This document shows positions 1-8,728 of a stretch of DNA of 28,879 nucleotides, piece after piece. Numbering within the stretch: position 1 is the stretch's first letter; the number at the start of each line of letters is the position of its first letter. A program made the position numbers and the translations under genes. The stretch is from a virus. Its lineage: Duplodnaviria; Caudoviricetes. The stretch is taken from the IMG/VR virus record IMGVR_UViG_3300037465_000444, positions 1-28,879 of that record; one strand, written 5' to 3'. A model generated the notes under the pieces. The model had not been told where the DNA came from and made no database searches. It was given only the letters and a program-made list of their open reading frames with translations.

Positions 1-2
1 TT

Positions 3-1319
3 CGCGACGAATCGGAGCGGCTCGGCGGGCTGCTGACGGGCATCGCTCGAAGCTATAACTACGATTTGTCGCTGCCCAAGAACGGGGCCAACAACTCGCT
101 GCGGGAATTCTGCTTCGACGTGATGCGGCTGGAACCGGTCTACAATCTCAAGGCTAAGTCCGACGCGCCAGCGCTAGACGCCAAGAACGCGATCCCGCAC
201 TACTTGGACACGCTGCCGCCGGGGTCGAAGGAACTGGCGTTCGTCCAGGCTCTCGGCGGACGAAGGGGTAAGCGGGCGTGCGATACGGCGCTGTCGTACC
301 TCGAAGGCTACGAGCGGCACGCCGTCTCGCTCGACGGCAACGCCGAAGCGGAGCTGCGCGGGCAGTGGACCATCCACACGACGCTTAACCCGACCGGATC
401 GGCGACGCTGCGCTGGTCGTCGCGGAACCCTAACGCACAGAACTTCTCAAAGCGAGAGGAGTTCAACGTGCGTTACGTCTTCGGCCCCGCGCCGGGCCGT
501 GAGTGGTGGGCATTGGACGCCAAGAACCTGGAGCTACGCATCCCGGCCTACGAGGCGGACGAACGGGAGATGATCGCCCTGTTCGAGCGGCCCGACGACC
601 CGCCGTACTTCGGGTCGAACCACCTGCTCGTCGCCCACATCCTCTGGCCACGGGAGTTCGAGGCGTGCCGCGACGAGCGGGGCGCGCTGGACGGGCGGCT
701 GTTCAAGCGGCAGTACGCGCCGACGCTCTACCAATGGGTCAAAAACGGCAACTTCGCGGTGCAGTACGGCGCACTGGACCGCGGCGACGAGATGGGCACG
801 GCCGACCGCTCGTATCACCAGCACGGTGCGCAAGCTAAGATCGCTAAGCGGTTTGCTAAGCAGGAGCAGCTTAACCGGCACTGGATTGACTTCGCCATGC
901 GGCGGGGCTACGTCGAGACGATGCCCGACAAGAGCGTAAATCCTCGACGGGGCTACCCGCTCTGGTGCGCGCGGGCGTCGCGGCGGGGTTTCTACGATAT
1001 CAAGCCGACGGTGCCGCTGAACTACCACGTCCAGGGGACTGCGATGTGGTGGATGAACCGCGCGATGGTCCGCGCGACCGGCTATCTAGGGCGAGCGGAA
1101 CTGGACGCTAGAATAGTACTTCAGGTTCACGACGAGCTGGTATTTGACTTCCCCAAGGGCGCCGGAACGGAGCCGTGGCGAACGAACCTATCCTACGTCC
1201 GCGAGCTGGCCCGGTTAATGTCGGCGGGCGGGGACGACATCGGCGTACCCACGCCGGTGTCAATCGAATACCACCCCGACAACTACCGCGACGGCGTTGC
1301 GATCAAGGAAACCCTATGA
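3..1319 (+). CDS. polA: DNA polymerase family A, polymerase domain (5' truncated by the window)
   Basis: Frame is open from nt 3. Motifs: TLRWSSRNPNAQN, motif A DAKNLELR, motif B KNGNFAVQYG (Phe at the E. coli 762-equivalent position), NYHVQGTA, motif C LQVHDELVFD. Confidence 0.93.
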   Translation, partial: RDESERLGGLLTGIARSYNYDLSLPKNGANNSLREFCFDVMRLEPVYNLKAKSDAPALDAKNAIPHYLDTLPPGSKELAFVQALGGRRGKRACDTALSYLEGYERHAVSLDGNAEAELRGQWTIHTTLNPTGSATLRWSSRNPNAQNFSKREEFNVRYVFGPAPGREWWALDAKNLELRIPAYEADEREMIALFERPDDPPYFGSNHLLVAHILWPREFEACRDERGALDGRLFKRQYAPTLYQWVKNGNFAVQYGALDRGDEMGTADRSYHQHGAQAKIAKRFAKQEQLNRHWIDFAMRRGYVETMPDKSVNPRRGYPLWCARASRRGFYDIKPTVPLNYHVQGTAMWWMNRAMVRATGYLGRAELDARIVLQVHDELVFDFPKGAGTEPWRTNLSYVRELARLMSAGGDDIGVPTPVSIEYHPDNYRDGVAIKETL

Positions 1320-1570
1320 CGCCCTAGACTAAGAAATCGTCGCACGCACCGCCGCCCATCGAGGTCTACGGCATGGGCACGTTCTAGCGGGTCCGTGACG
1401 AGGTAACTTACGCCGTGACCGAACTAGAAAAGCACCGCCGCTCGAACGGCGATCTTCAAGATTCGGTGGATCGCCTCTCGGACGAGATATCGGGCGTCGC
1501 CGGCGTGCTCGAAGAAATCCGCGACCTGCTTAAGGCGGCGCGGAATAAGCTAGAAGCGGAGAGCGACTGA
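1316..1570 (+). pseudogene. Small coiled-coil protein gene with two in-frame TAG codons (1325, 1385); pseudogene or read-through gene
   Basis: ATG overlaps the polA stop (ATGA) and the TGA overlaps the primase ATG (TGATG), so it fills the gap exactly. Reads MTP*TKKSSHAPPPIEVYGMGTF*RVRDEVTYAVTELEKHRR...KLEAESD. Confidence 0.7.
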
Positions 1571-2553
1571 TGCCGAAAACCAAGCAATTCGTCCCCGACG
1601 GCCTTCGCCCCTATGCCTTCCACGGCCTCGATCTGCGCGTCGAGTCGCGAGGCGAAGCGATCGGCGATTGCCCGTTCTGCGGACGCGAGGATAAGTTTAC
1701 GGTCAACGTCGAGACGGGCCAGTACAAGTGCTGGGTCTGCGCCGACGGCACGGATAAAGGGGGCGGAAATCCGACGATCTTCGTACGCCATTTCTGGAAC
1801 ATCTGCAACGACGCGACCGACGACTACAACGGGCTGTCGCGCGACCGTGGCATCGACTTTACGGCGCTCGACGCCTGGGGCGTAGTGCGATCGACGATTA
1901 CCGGCGATTGGCTCGTGCCGGCGTTCGGCGTCGACCGCGAGATAAAACAGCTCTATAAGTACGTCCGAGGATACGACCGAATGCTCTTGTTGCCGACGCC
2001 GACGCTCGGCGCGGGGTTGTTCGGTATTCAAAACTGGGGCAAGGACAAGGCGAAGGTGTACCTCTGCGAAGGTCCATGGGACGGCGCGGCCCTCTGGCAA
2101 GCCCTCGGCGGAGCGAAGAAAGAGAACGGGACGATCTCGGCAACGGCGTCGAAGACGCACAACTTGCTCGCCGACGCCAACGTAGTCGCCGTACCCGGCT
2201 GCGGTGCGGTGGGCGATCCTCTACGGCGCTGGGCGACGCTGTTCTCGGCCAAGGCGGTCGTGCTTTGTTTCGATAACGATTGGCCCGGTCGCTTCTGCGA
2301 GGCGTGCAAGACTCGATGGAAGGGCGACGGGCAAACGAAGTGCGAACGGTGCGGACGAAACGGCAAGCGAATCGAACCTGCCGGATACGCGGCAACGCGG
2401 CGCGCAGCGAAGATACTCAGCGAATCGTCCGTGCCCCCGGCCTCGGTCTCGTGGCTGCGCTGGTCGGCGGTGGGCGACCACGATCCGGCGCTGCCCGACG
2501 GCTGCGACGTGAGGGATGTTCTGTTGGGACGATCGGCTGATGCCAAAAATTAA
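1570..2553 (+). CDS. DNA primase (N-terminal Zn-binding domain plus TOPRIM)
   Basis: CPFC...CWVC zinc ribbon; TOPRIM motifs YLCEGPWD and VLCFDND; terminal LPDGCDVRD; extra CEAC...CERC insertion. Confidence 0.85.
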   Translation: MPKTKQFVPDGLRPYAFHGLDLRVESRGEAIGDCPFCGREDKFTVNVETGQYKCWVCADGTDKGGGNPTIFVRHFWNICNDATDDYNGLSRDRGIDFTALDAWGVVRSTITGDWLVPAFGVDREIKQLYKYVRGYDRMLLLPTPTLGAGLFGIQNWGKDKAKVYLCEGPWDGAALWQALGGAKKENGTISATASKTHNLLADANVVAVPGCGAVGDPLRRWATLFSAKAVVLCFDNDWPGRFCEACKTRWKGDGQTKCERCGRNGKRIEPAGYAATRRAAKILSESSVPPASVSWLRWSAVGDHDPALPDGCDVRDVLLGRSADAKN

Positions 2554-3388
2554 AAATGCCGTTCAACCGTTCTGGCAAAGCGAGAACGGGAAGGTCGTTC
2601 TATACGGCGGAGATTGTCGCGAAGTACTGCCGATGCTGGCCAATGGCTCGATTGATTTCGTGTTTACCGACCCGCCGTACGGGCATAACAACAACAACGG
2701 CGACCTGATTCATCGACGGGAAGTAGTATTGGGTCGGGGCGACCACGGCGAAGCGCGCCCCATCGCCAACGATAGGCCGGAAGATGTGGGACCATTAGTA
2801 CGATTCTGCTTCGCTGAATGGGGCCGGCTGCTGAAACCCGGCTGCTGCTGCTGCTGCTGCTGCGGCGGCGGCGGTCCTGATCCGCAGTTTGCCCGCTGGT
2901 CTCTCTGGCTCGACGAGTTGCTCGGCTTCAAGCAAATGGTCGTATGGGACAAGGGACCGATGGGCATGGGCTGGCACTATCGGCGCAGCTATGAAACGGT
3001 GCTGGTCGGCGAAAAACCGGGAGCCGCTTGTCGATGGTTCGACGAAACGAATGCGGTCGAAAACATTATTCGCCCCGGCCAAAACGGGATTACAAAGATC
3101 ATTCCGAGCAAGGGGCACCATCCCACCGAAAAACCAGTGGAACTGGTAGAGTACTTTATCAAGTTGCATACGAAAGAGGATGATTTGGTCCTTGATCCGT
3201 TCTTAGGCGCCGGTTCGACGCTCGCGGCCTGCGCGCGGCTGAACCGTCGCTGCATCGGGATAGAATTAGATCGTGGCTATCTGGAAACGGCCGTGAAGAA
3301 GTACCAGAAGACCATCTCCTACCGATGGTACGGGTCGAAGTTCTGGCGACGGACGAACGCAGAATTGAACAGAAAGCTAAAAGTATGA
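2540..3388 (+). CDS. DNA methyltransferase, beta-class N4C/N6A
   Basis: GDC, catalytic TDPPY, VWDK, HPTEKP, SAM-binding VLDPFLGAGST, GIELD. ATG 2540 preferred because it matches the N-terminus of the 8715 paralog. Confidence 0.92.
   Translation: MPKIKNAVQPFWQSENGKVVLYGGDCREVLPMLANGSIDFVFTDPPYGHNNNNGDLIHRREVVLGRGDHGEARPIANDRPEDVGPLVRFCFAEWGRLLKPGCCCCCCCGGGGPDPQFARWSLWLDELLGFKQMVVWDKGPMGMGWHYRRSYETVLVGEKPGAACRWFDETNAVENIIRPGQNGITKIIPSKGHHPTEKPVELVEYFIKLHTKEDDLVLDPFLGAGSTLAACARLNRRCIGIELDRGYLETAVKKYQKTISYRWYGSKFWRRTNAELNRKLKV
2843..2875 (+). repeat. (TGC)7(GGC)3GGT trinucleotide tract encoding Cys7-Gly4
   Basis: tgctgctgctgctgctgctgcggcggcggcggt in frame within the methyltransferase. Confidence 0.95.
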
Positions 3389-4704
3389 TCGAAGTCGAAC
3401 GCTTGTCAGGAATTTTCAACCGCGTCGCCCCCGTTCCTGCCGAATGGCTGGCCTCCTCGCGGGCCGCCGTTCCGGCTGTCCCCGCGGGCGGGGAGCGCCG
3501 GGCGTGCTCGCGATGGGCCGAGGTCGAGACCGCCTGGCGCAAGGCTTTGTATTGGCGGCCCGACCTGCGCGACGCCCTAGTGACGATGCTGGCCGTGGCC
3601 TGCTCTACGTCGCAGCGGGACGACCAGCTCTTCCTCCAGGTCATCGCCGATGCAGGTAGCGCCAAGACGCGGCTCTGCGACGCCATGCTGCGCTCGCCGA
3701 CGTGCTTTGCGTTGGAGTATCTAACCGGTTTTCATTCGGGGTGGAAGGACGCCAGCGGGGAGGACTTCTCACTGCTCTCGCGCATCAACCATATGACCCT
3801 GATCACGCCGGAGGCGGACGTGCTCATGGGGTCGCCGAAGTTTATCGAGCTGATGTCGCAGCAGCGCCGCATTTTCGACGGCGCCAGCGGGGCGACGTAC
3901 AAGAACCGCAAGGAGGACCTGCGATACACCGGCCTGCGTACGCCGTGGATCATGGCCGGCACGCCGGCGTTGTTGGACACGGACCAGTCGCGGCTCGGCG
4001 ACCGGTTCCTGCGCGTCTTCATCGACCAGCCGGACGACGAGGGGCGCAACGCGATCCTCTCGCGCGCGGGCCACGCGGCCTTGCGGGCCGTAACGATGGC
4101 GTCGAACGGCGACGAATCGACGATGCTCTCGCCCGAACTCAATGAGGCGTACTCGCTAACCGGCGGCTATATCGATTGGTTCCGGGCGCGGGCGTCGGAG
4201 CTGCTCTCGCAGGTGTTCGCCGAGACGGCCGACGTGGACGAAGTAGTCAACTACTGCTCCGTGCTGGCGACGTTCACGGCTAAGATGCGGGCGCGGCCGA
4301 CGCCGGTCAAAACCGAGGAGCGCCATGACACGGTTGAGCTGCCGTCCCGCTTGGTCAAGCAGTTCGGCCGGCTGGCGATGTGCGCCGCGGCGGTGTTCAA
4401 CGAGCGAGGCGTCGGCGACGAATCGCTGCGGCTCGTCAAGAAGGTCGCGATCGATACGTCGCGGGGCCGGACGCTCAAGACGGTCAGGATCATCGCGGGG
4501 GCCGGGGCCGAGGGGTTCTCGGCCGGGCGGATCGCGGTGGAGTCGGGCTGGTCCGAGGACCGCGAGAGGACTTACCTCGGCTTTTTGCAGCGCGTCGGCG
4601 TCGTCGAGGCCGAGGAGACGGCGCTGGCGTGGGGCGGGCGGCAGGTGCGCTATCGGCTCTCGCCGGAGATCGCGTCGCTGTGGAATTCTGTCAACATGAT
4701 GTAG
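3385..4704 (+). CDS. MCM-like AAA+ ATPase (probable replicative helicase) with C-terminal winged helix
   Basis: Degenerate Walker A ADAGSAKT, TGFHSG, Walker B-like TLITPE, RRIFDG, sensor IMAGTP, Arg finger LGDRFL; close to the primase; ATGA overlap with the MTase stop. Confidence 0.65.
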   Translation: MIEVERLSGIFNRVAPVPAEWLASSRAAVPAVPAGGERRACSRWAEVETAWRKALYWRPDLRDALVTMLAVACSTSQRDDQLFLQVIADAGSAKTRLCDAMLRSPTCFALEYLTGFHSGWKDASGEDFSLLSRINHMTLITPEADVLMGSPKFIELMSQQRRIFDGASGATYKNRKEDLRYTGLRTPWIMAGTPALLDTDQSRLGDRFLRVFIDQPDDEGRNAILSRAGHAALRAVTMASNGDESTMLSPELNEAYSLTGGYIDWFRARASELLSQVFAETADVDEVVNYCSVLATFTAKMRARPTPVKTEERHDTVELPSRLVKQFGRLAMCAAAVFNERGVGDESLRLVKKVAIDTSRGRTLKTVRIIAGAGAEGFSAGRIAVESGWSEDRERTYLGFLQRVGVVEAEETALAWGGRQVRYRLSPEIASLWNSVNMM

Positions 4705-4714
4705 GAGAGGAAAG

Positions 4715-5491
4715 ATGCCGCAGACCAAAGAGGCGTCGGGAAACGGGCGGCAGGTTATAACGCCCGCCGCTCGCAAGAATTTCATCGCCCCGGCGCTGCG
4801 CGAGGCCGGGCTGGTCGTGCCCCTGGCGTCGCTCGTCCCCGACCCCGACAACGCCCGCTTGCACCCGGAGCGAAACATCGAGGCCGTCAAGCAGTCGCTC
4901 TCGCTCTACGGCCAGCTCGAGCCCTTAGTCGTCCGCGCCGAGAACCGGATGATCGCGGCTGGCAACGGCCGGCGCGACGCGATGCTGGCCCTCGGCTGGG
5001 ACGAGTGCGCCGCGACGGTCGTACCTATGACCGACGCTGAGTTCCACGGCTTTGCCCTAGCCGACAACCGCAGCGCGGAACTTGCTTCATGGGACGTGCA
5101 GACGGTCGCCCGTCTCCAAAAGCTCCTGGAAGGCACCGGCCACGGTACGACGGGCTGGAGTGCCGAAGACTTGGAGGTGCTGCGGCTCGCGGCGTGGGAG
5201 CCGCCGAACGACGGTGGAAACGGCACGACGGACGTAACGGAACTGTGGCAGGGGATGCCGGAGTTCGTCCAAGACGACTTGACGTCGTTCAAGAGGGCAA
5301 TCGTGCATTTTCGCGACGAAGAAGACTTTGGCCGGTTCTTGGAATTGCTCGGTCAAACCACGTCAGACGTGTCGCAGGGGTGCAGCCTGTGGTTCCCTCG
5401 GATTCGGAGAGAGTCGTATGCGGACAAGAGGTGGACGACCGCTAACGAGACCGCCGACGAAGGCGGACAACCGGTCTGGGAGGATAAATGA
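4715..5491 (+). CDS. ParB/Srx N-terminal domain protein with an additional C-terminal domain
   Basis: LVPDPDNARLH, SLSLYGQLEPLVV, IAAGNGR, LADNR; SD-like GGAGAGG upstream; C-terminal WQGMPEF...IVHF...SLWFP block. Confidence 0.8.
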   Translation: MPQTKEASGNGRQVITPAARKNFIAPALREAGLVVPLASLVPDPDNARLHPERNIEAVKQSLSLYGQLEPLVVRAENRMIAAGNGRRDAMLALGWDECAATVVPMTDAEFHGFALADNRSAELASWDVQTVARLQKLLEGTGHGTTGWSAEDLEVLRLAAWEPPNDGGNGTTDVTELWQGMPEFVQDDLTSFKRAIVHFRDEEDFGRFLELLGQTTSDVSQGCSLWFPRIRRESYADKRWTTANETADEGGQPVWEDK

Positions 5492-6345
5492 ATCCTCGCT
5501 GGCCGGTGTATATCGTATCCAAGGGTCGTTGGGATAGACTGCTTACGGCTAAGGCGCTCGACCGGATCGGTGTACCGTGGCGGATGATCGTCGAGCGGCA
5601 GGAATTCGCCCTGTATGCTGAATCGCTCGGCAGCGCTAAGCGACTCCTAGAATTACCTCCCCCCGGCGGCGAAGGCTGTTCGATCCCGGCGCGCAACTTT
5701 GCCTGGGAACACTCCGTCTGCGAGAGGCACGACAGGCACTGGGTCGTAGACGACAACATCTCCGGGTTCTTCCGGCTGAACCGCAACCTGAAGGCGCCCG
5801 TCGCCGACGGCACTATTTTCCGCGCGATGGAAGACTTTGCCGACCGCTTCTCGAACGTAGCCCTAGCGGGGCCGAATTATTTCATGTTCGCTCCTCGCAA
5901 GGCCGTGATGCCCCCGTTGCGCCTTAATACGCGAGTGTATTCTTGCATCTTGGTCAAGAACGACATCCCGTTCCGGTGGAGGGGGCGGTATAACGAAGAC
6001 ACCGACCTGTCGCTCCGCATCTTGAAGGCCGGCTTGGTTACGGTGCTCTTCAACGCTTTCCTCTGCTTTAAGCAGACCACGATGACCGCGCGCGGGGGCA
6101 ACACGGAGTCGCTCTATCGGCCCGCCGACGGGTCGTTCGACGGCAGGCTAAGGATGGCTACGTCGCTCTGGGAACAACACCCCGACGTGGTCAAGGTGAC
6201 GCGTAAGTGGGGGCGCTGGCAACACCACGTGGACTACAGAAAGTTCGCTGGTAACCGCCCGTTGCCGAAGCCGGGATTGGAAATCGCGAGCGGCACGGAC
6301 GATTACGGGATGCGCCTGGAAGTGCTGACGGATTGCGGCGAATAA
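5488..6345 (+). CDS. TET-associated/GREB1-like (TAGT) GT-A glycosyltransferase, putative DNA base modification
   Basis: VYIVSKGR, ARNFAWEHS, HWVVDDNI (DxD-type), NTRVYSCIL, WRGRYNEDTDLSLR, GGNT. Confidence 0.82.
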   Translation: MNPRWPVYIVSKGRWDRLLTAKALDRIGVPWRMIVERQEFALYAESLGSAKRLLELPPPGGEGCSIPARNFAWEHSVCERHDRHWVVDDNISGFFRLNRNLKAPVADGTIFRAMEDFADRFSNVALAGPNYFMFAPRKAVMPPLRLNTRVYSCILVKNDIPFRWRGRYNEDTDLSLRILKAGLVTVLFNAFLCFKQTTMTARGGNTESLYRPADGSFDGRLRMATSLWEQHPDVVKVTRKWGRWQHHVDYRKFAGNRPLPKPGLEIASGTDDYGMRLEVLTDCGE

Positions 6346-6776
6346 TGAAACCGATCTTCGTCGGAGAATCCTTGTCGTCCCTCGGTGGAGCGCCGTTGCG
6401 CGGTCGCGCCGGGAAGCTCTTGGCGTCCGTTGCCGGAATCGGAGAAGACGAATTGTTCCGGCTGGCCGATGCCGTCAACTTGCTCGGCGGCGTCCAGCGC
6501 AAGCAGGATAGAGGAAAGGGCAGGACGTTCGATGTGGCCGAGGCCGAGAAGTGTGCCGAACGGCTGCTGAAGGTCGTCGGTTCTCGTCGCCCGCTGATTT
6601 TGCTCGGTCGCCGCGTGGCGCGGGCGTTCGGCATCGTCCGGCGAGAAGCGGTGTGGAGGGACGGCCGGTTCGCCGGAATCCCGCATCCTTCGGGCATCGT
6701 GTACTGGTGGAACCTTGCAAAGAACCGACGCGAAGCGGCGAAGTTGTTGCGGCAGTTGTTGCCGAGAAGGGACTGA
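6345..6776 (+). CDS. Uracil-DNA glycosylase superfamily protein (small, divergent)
   Basis: N-terminal IFVGES, GRAGKLL, NLL, ILLGRRVA, C-terminal IPHPSG; TAATG coupling to the glycosyltransferase. Confidence 0.72.
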   Translation: MKPIFVGESLSSLGGAPLRGRAGKLLASVAGIGEDELFRLADAVNLLGGVQRKQDRGKGRTFDVAEAEKCAERLLKVVGSRRPLILLGRRVARAFGIVRREAVWRDGRFAGIPHPSGIVYWWNLAKNRREAAKLLRQLLPRRD

Positions 6777-7023
6777 GACACCGAACTACGGTTCCGCGTT
6801 GCCAGATTGGTTCGTAATTCCGAAGAACGTGTTGTTCTGGATGAAGAAGGACCTAACGGACAAGGGCACAGCCTCTCGCCCGCCGATTTGACTCCGGTAA
6901 GGGTGTTGTTCGTAGAATTCCATCCACATCCTGATAAGGACGAAAGGGTTGCTCGCGTCATGGGCCTGTTGCGGCGCGCCGGGTTTTCGACACGAAAGGA
7001 ACGCTTGCGTGCTTTCACGGCAG

Positions 7024-7057
7024 AAAAAGAAACGCCCGCGATTTCTCGCGGGCGTTT
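7024..7057 (-). terminator. Rho-independent terminator for the minus-strand gene, possibly bidirectional
   Basis: Perfect 12-bp stem aaacgcccgcga / tcgcgggcgttt (7030-7057) with a 4-nt loop, followed on the minus strand by CTTTTT. Confidence 0.8.
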
Positions 7058-7086
7058 GCCAACCGTACGGTAATTTCGTTTCGTCG

Positions 7087-7446
7087 CTAGTCGGCTTTCT
7101 TGGCCGCGTCGAGCGCGTCCCGACCGGACTTGGTGATCTCGTAGGTGTACTCCTTCACGCCTTCGACCTCGATCGGCTCCGCGTGACTGACGAATCCGCG
7201 TCCGAGCAAGGTCGAGGGGTCGCGGTGTTCGTGGTCAGCGCCGACGGCCCACTTGACCGTCTTCGGTTCGCGCTTCGGCAGCTTGTTCGCTAGTTGTCGA
7301 AACGTGATCGGCCTCGACTGCCGCCCGAACACGGTCAACACGTCTAGCAACGGCTTCGCCAGCGAGCCGTCCTCGCGGAAGTAGTACGCCGTGCGCCCGT
7401 TGACCTTCGCGACCTTCTTGCCGGACTGTAATTTCTTCGTTACCAT
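7087..7446 (-). CDS. Winged-helix DNA-binding protein (putative regulator)
   Basis: Strong SD AAGGAG, downstream terminator, helical segment ITFRQLANKL followed by a wing ending YEITKSGRDAL (PadR/MarR-like). Confidence 0.7.
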   Translation of the reverse strand: MVTKKLQSGKKVAKVNGRTAYYFREDGSLAKPLLDVLTVFGRQSRPITFRQLANKLPKREPKTVKWAVGADHEHRDPSTLLGRGFVSHAEPIEVEGVKEYTYEITKSGRDALDAAKKAD

Positions 7447-7585
7447 AACTTTCGCTCCTTAGAAAAGGTGTTTGTTGATCACTAATCTATTATAATCAAT
7501 CGACTGGTCAAGAAGTCTACAGTCACCTTTTTCTGGTCGTACTTTCGGACGACGTAACTCCTATACAACAACGAGGTTTACTGCG
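7447..7585. promoter_or_regulatory. AT-rich divergent promoter region
   Basis: Palindromic ATTATAAT (7489-7496) gives TATAAT on both strands; on the minus strand TTGACC-N16-TAGATT; lies between divergent genes. Confidence 0.55.
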
Positions 7586-8728
7586 ATGCCCCAAACCAAA
7601 GAATGGTCTCCCTCCGCCGACGCCCCGCTCACGCCGGGCCAGGTCCGCCTCCTGCAATCCCTCGCCGGGGGCGGGTTTAAGCACCGCGGACGATTAGAGG
7701 ACGAAGCGGGCGGGGCAGGGGCATTGGCCGGCCTGGCATCGCTCGGATTGGTGATCGACCGCGAGATCGACGTGGACGGTCTGAAGGTGCGGACGTGGGC
7801 GATCACGGAATTAGGTAGAACACGGCTGGCTAACGCGGCGACGGTTGCATTGCCAACGGAACGAAGCGGCGATGACGAGTTGCCGGATATCACGGCCCTC
7901 GCCCCTTGGTTCGGCTCGGCGCGCCGGATCGCCGCGGCCGTCGGCGAAGCCCTGCGGGGCTGCGCCTGGGTCGGCGTGCCCTTCTGCGGCGGGTTGTCGG
8001 AGATCGGAGAAATTCTTGCGGCCGGGGCGAACGCCGTAGGGTTAAACGACGCTCACCGGCACTTGGTTAATTTGGCGCGCGTTGCGGCGGACTCGGACCA
8101 GGGCGCGCAACTCTACCGCCGCTTGCGGCGGCAGCCGTTCGCGGCTGAGGTGCTGCGCGACGCGCAGGCTTACTGCGCGGAGAACGAGCCGGACGGCTTT
8201 GACGACAAGGGCGACTTCACGGCGGCGTTTTATTACTTCATCTGCGCATGGATGTCCCGCTCGGCCGAGGCGGGCAAGGCGCGCGAGTTCGACGCGGGTC
8301 TAGCGATCCGCTACGGCGGCGGCGGCGGCAACTCGGTGCTGCGGTACTGGAACGCCGTCGGCGGCCTGCGGGCGTGGCGATGGATTCTCTCGCGCTGCTC
8401 GTTCTCGTCCGACGACGCCTTCGAGTTCTTGGGGCGATGCAACGACCGCGACGACGCGGGCATCTACATCGACCCGCCGTGGCCGGCGCCGGGCGCGGGC
8501 TACAAGCATAAGTTCGACGAAGAGCAGCACCGTCGGCTGGCTGCGCGGTTATTAGAATTTAAAAAGGCCCGCGTCGTCGTACGAACGGGCGGCGGGGCGC
8601 TGGTCGAGGCGTTGTATCCCCGGTCGCTCTGGCGCTGGGGCGAGTCGGCGGGGCGGACGCAGGGGAACCGGGTGTATACCGAATGGTTGCTAGTGCGCAA
8701 CGGGAGACGAGAAGATGCCGAAGATTAA
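7586..8728 (+). CDS. Winged helix fused to a Dam-like (D12-class) adenine methyltransferase
   Basis: N-terminal LTPGQVRLL...WAITELGR wHTH, then LAPWFGS, VPFCGGLS, LNDAH and IYIDPPW in alpha-class order. Confidence 0.78.
   Translation: MPQTKEWSPSADAPLTPGQVRLLQSLAGGGFKHRGRLEDEAGGAGALAGLASLGLVIDREIDVDGLKVRTWAITELGRTRLANAATVALPTERSGDDELPDITALAPWFGSARRIAAAVGEALRGCAWVGVPFCGGLSEIGEILAAGANAVGLNDAHRHLVNLARVAADSDQGAQLYRRLRRQPFAAEVLRDAQAYCAENEPDGFDDKGDFTAAFYYFICAWMSRSAEAGKAREFDAGLAIRYGGGGGNSVLRYWNAVGGLRAWRWILSRCSFSSDDAFEFLGRCNDRDDAGIYIDPPWPAPGAGYKHKFDEEQHRRLAARLLEFKKARVVVRTGGGALVEALYPRSLWRWGESAGRTQGNRVYTEWLLVRNGRREDAED

Noticed and set aside
4715-5491. ParABS partition system
   Set aside because: No ParA, no HTH after the ParB N-terminal domain, no parS repeats seen; context points to DNA modification.
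6777-7073. ORF 6807-7073 (+) and minus-strand frames in this gap
   Set aside because: No SD or recognisable motif, and the + ORF runs through the terminator hairpin; left unannotated.
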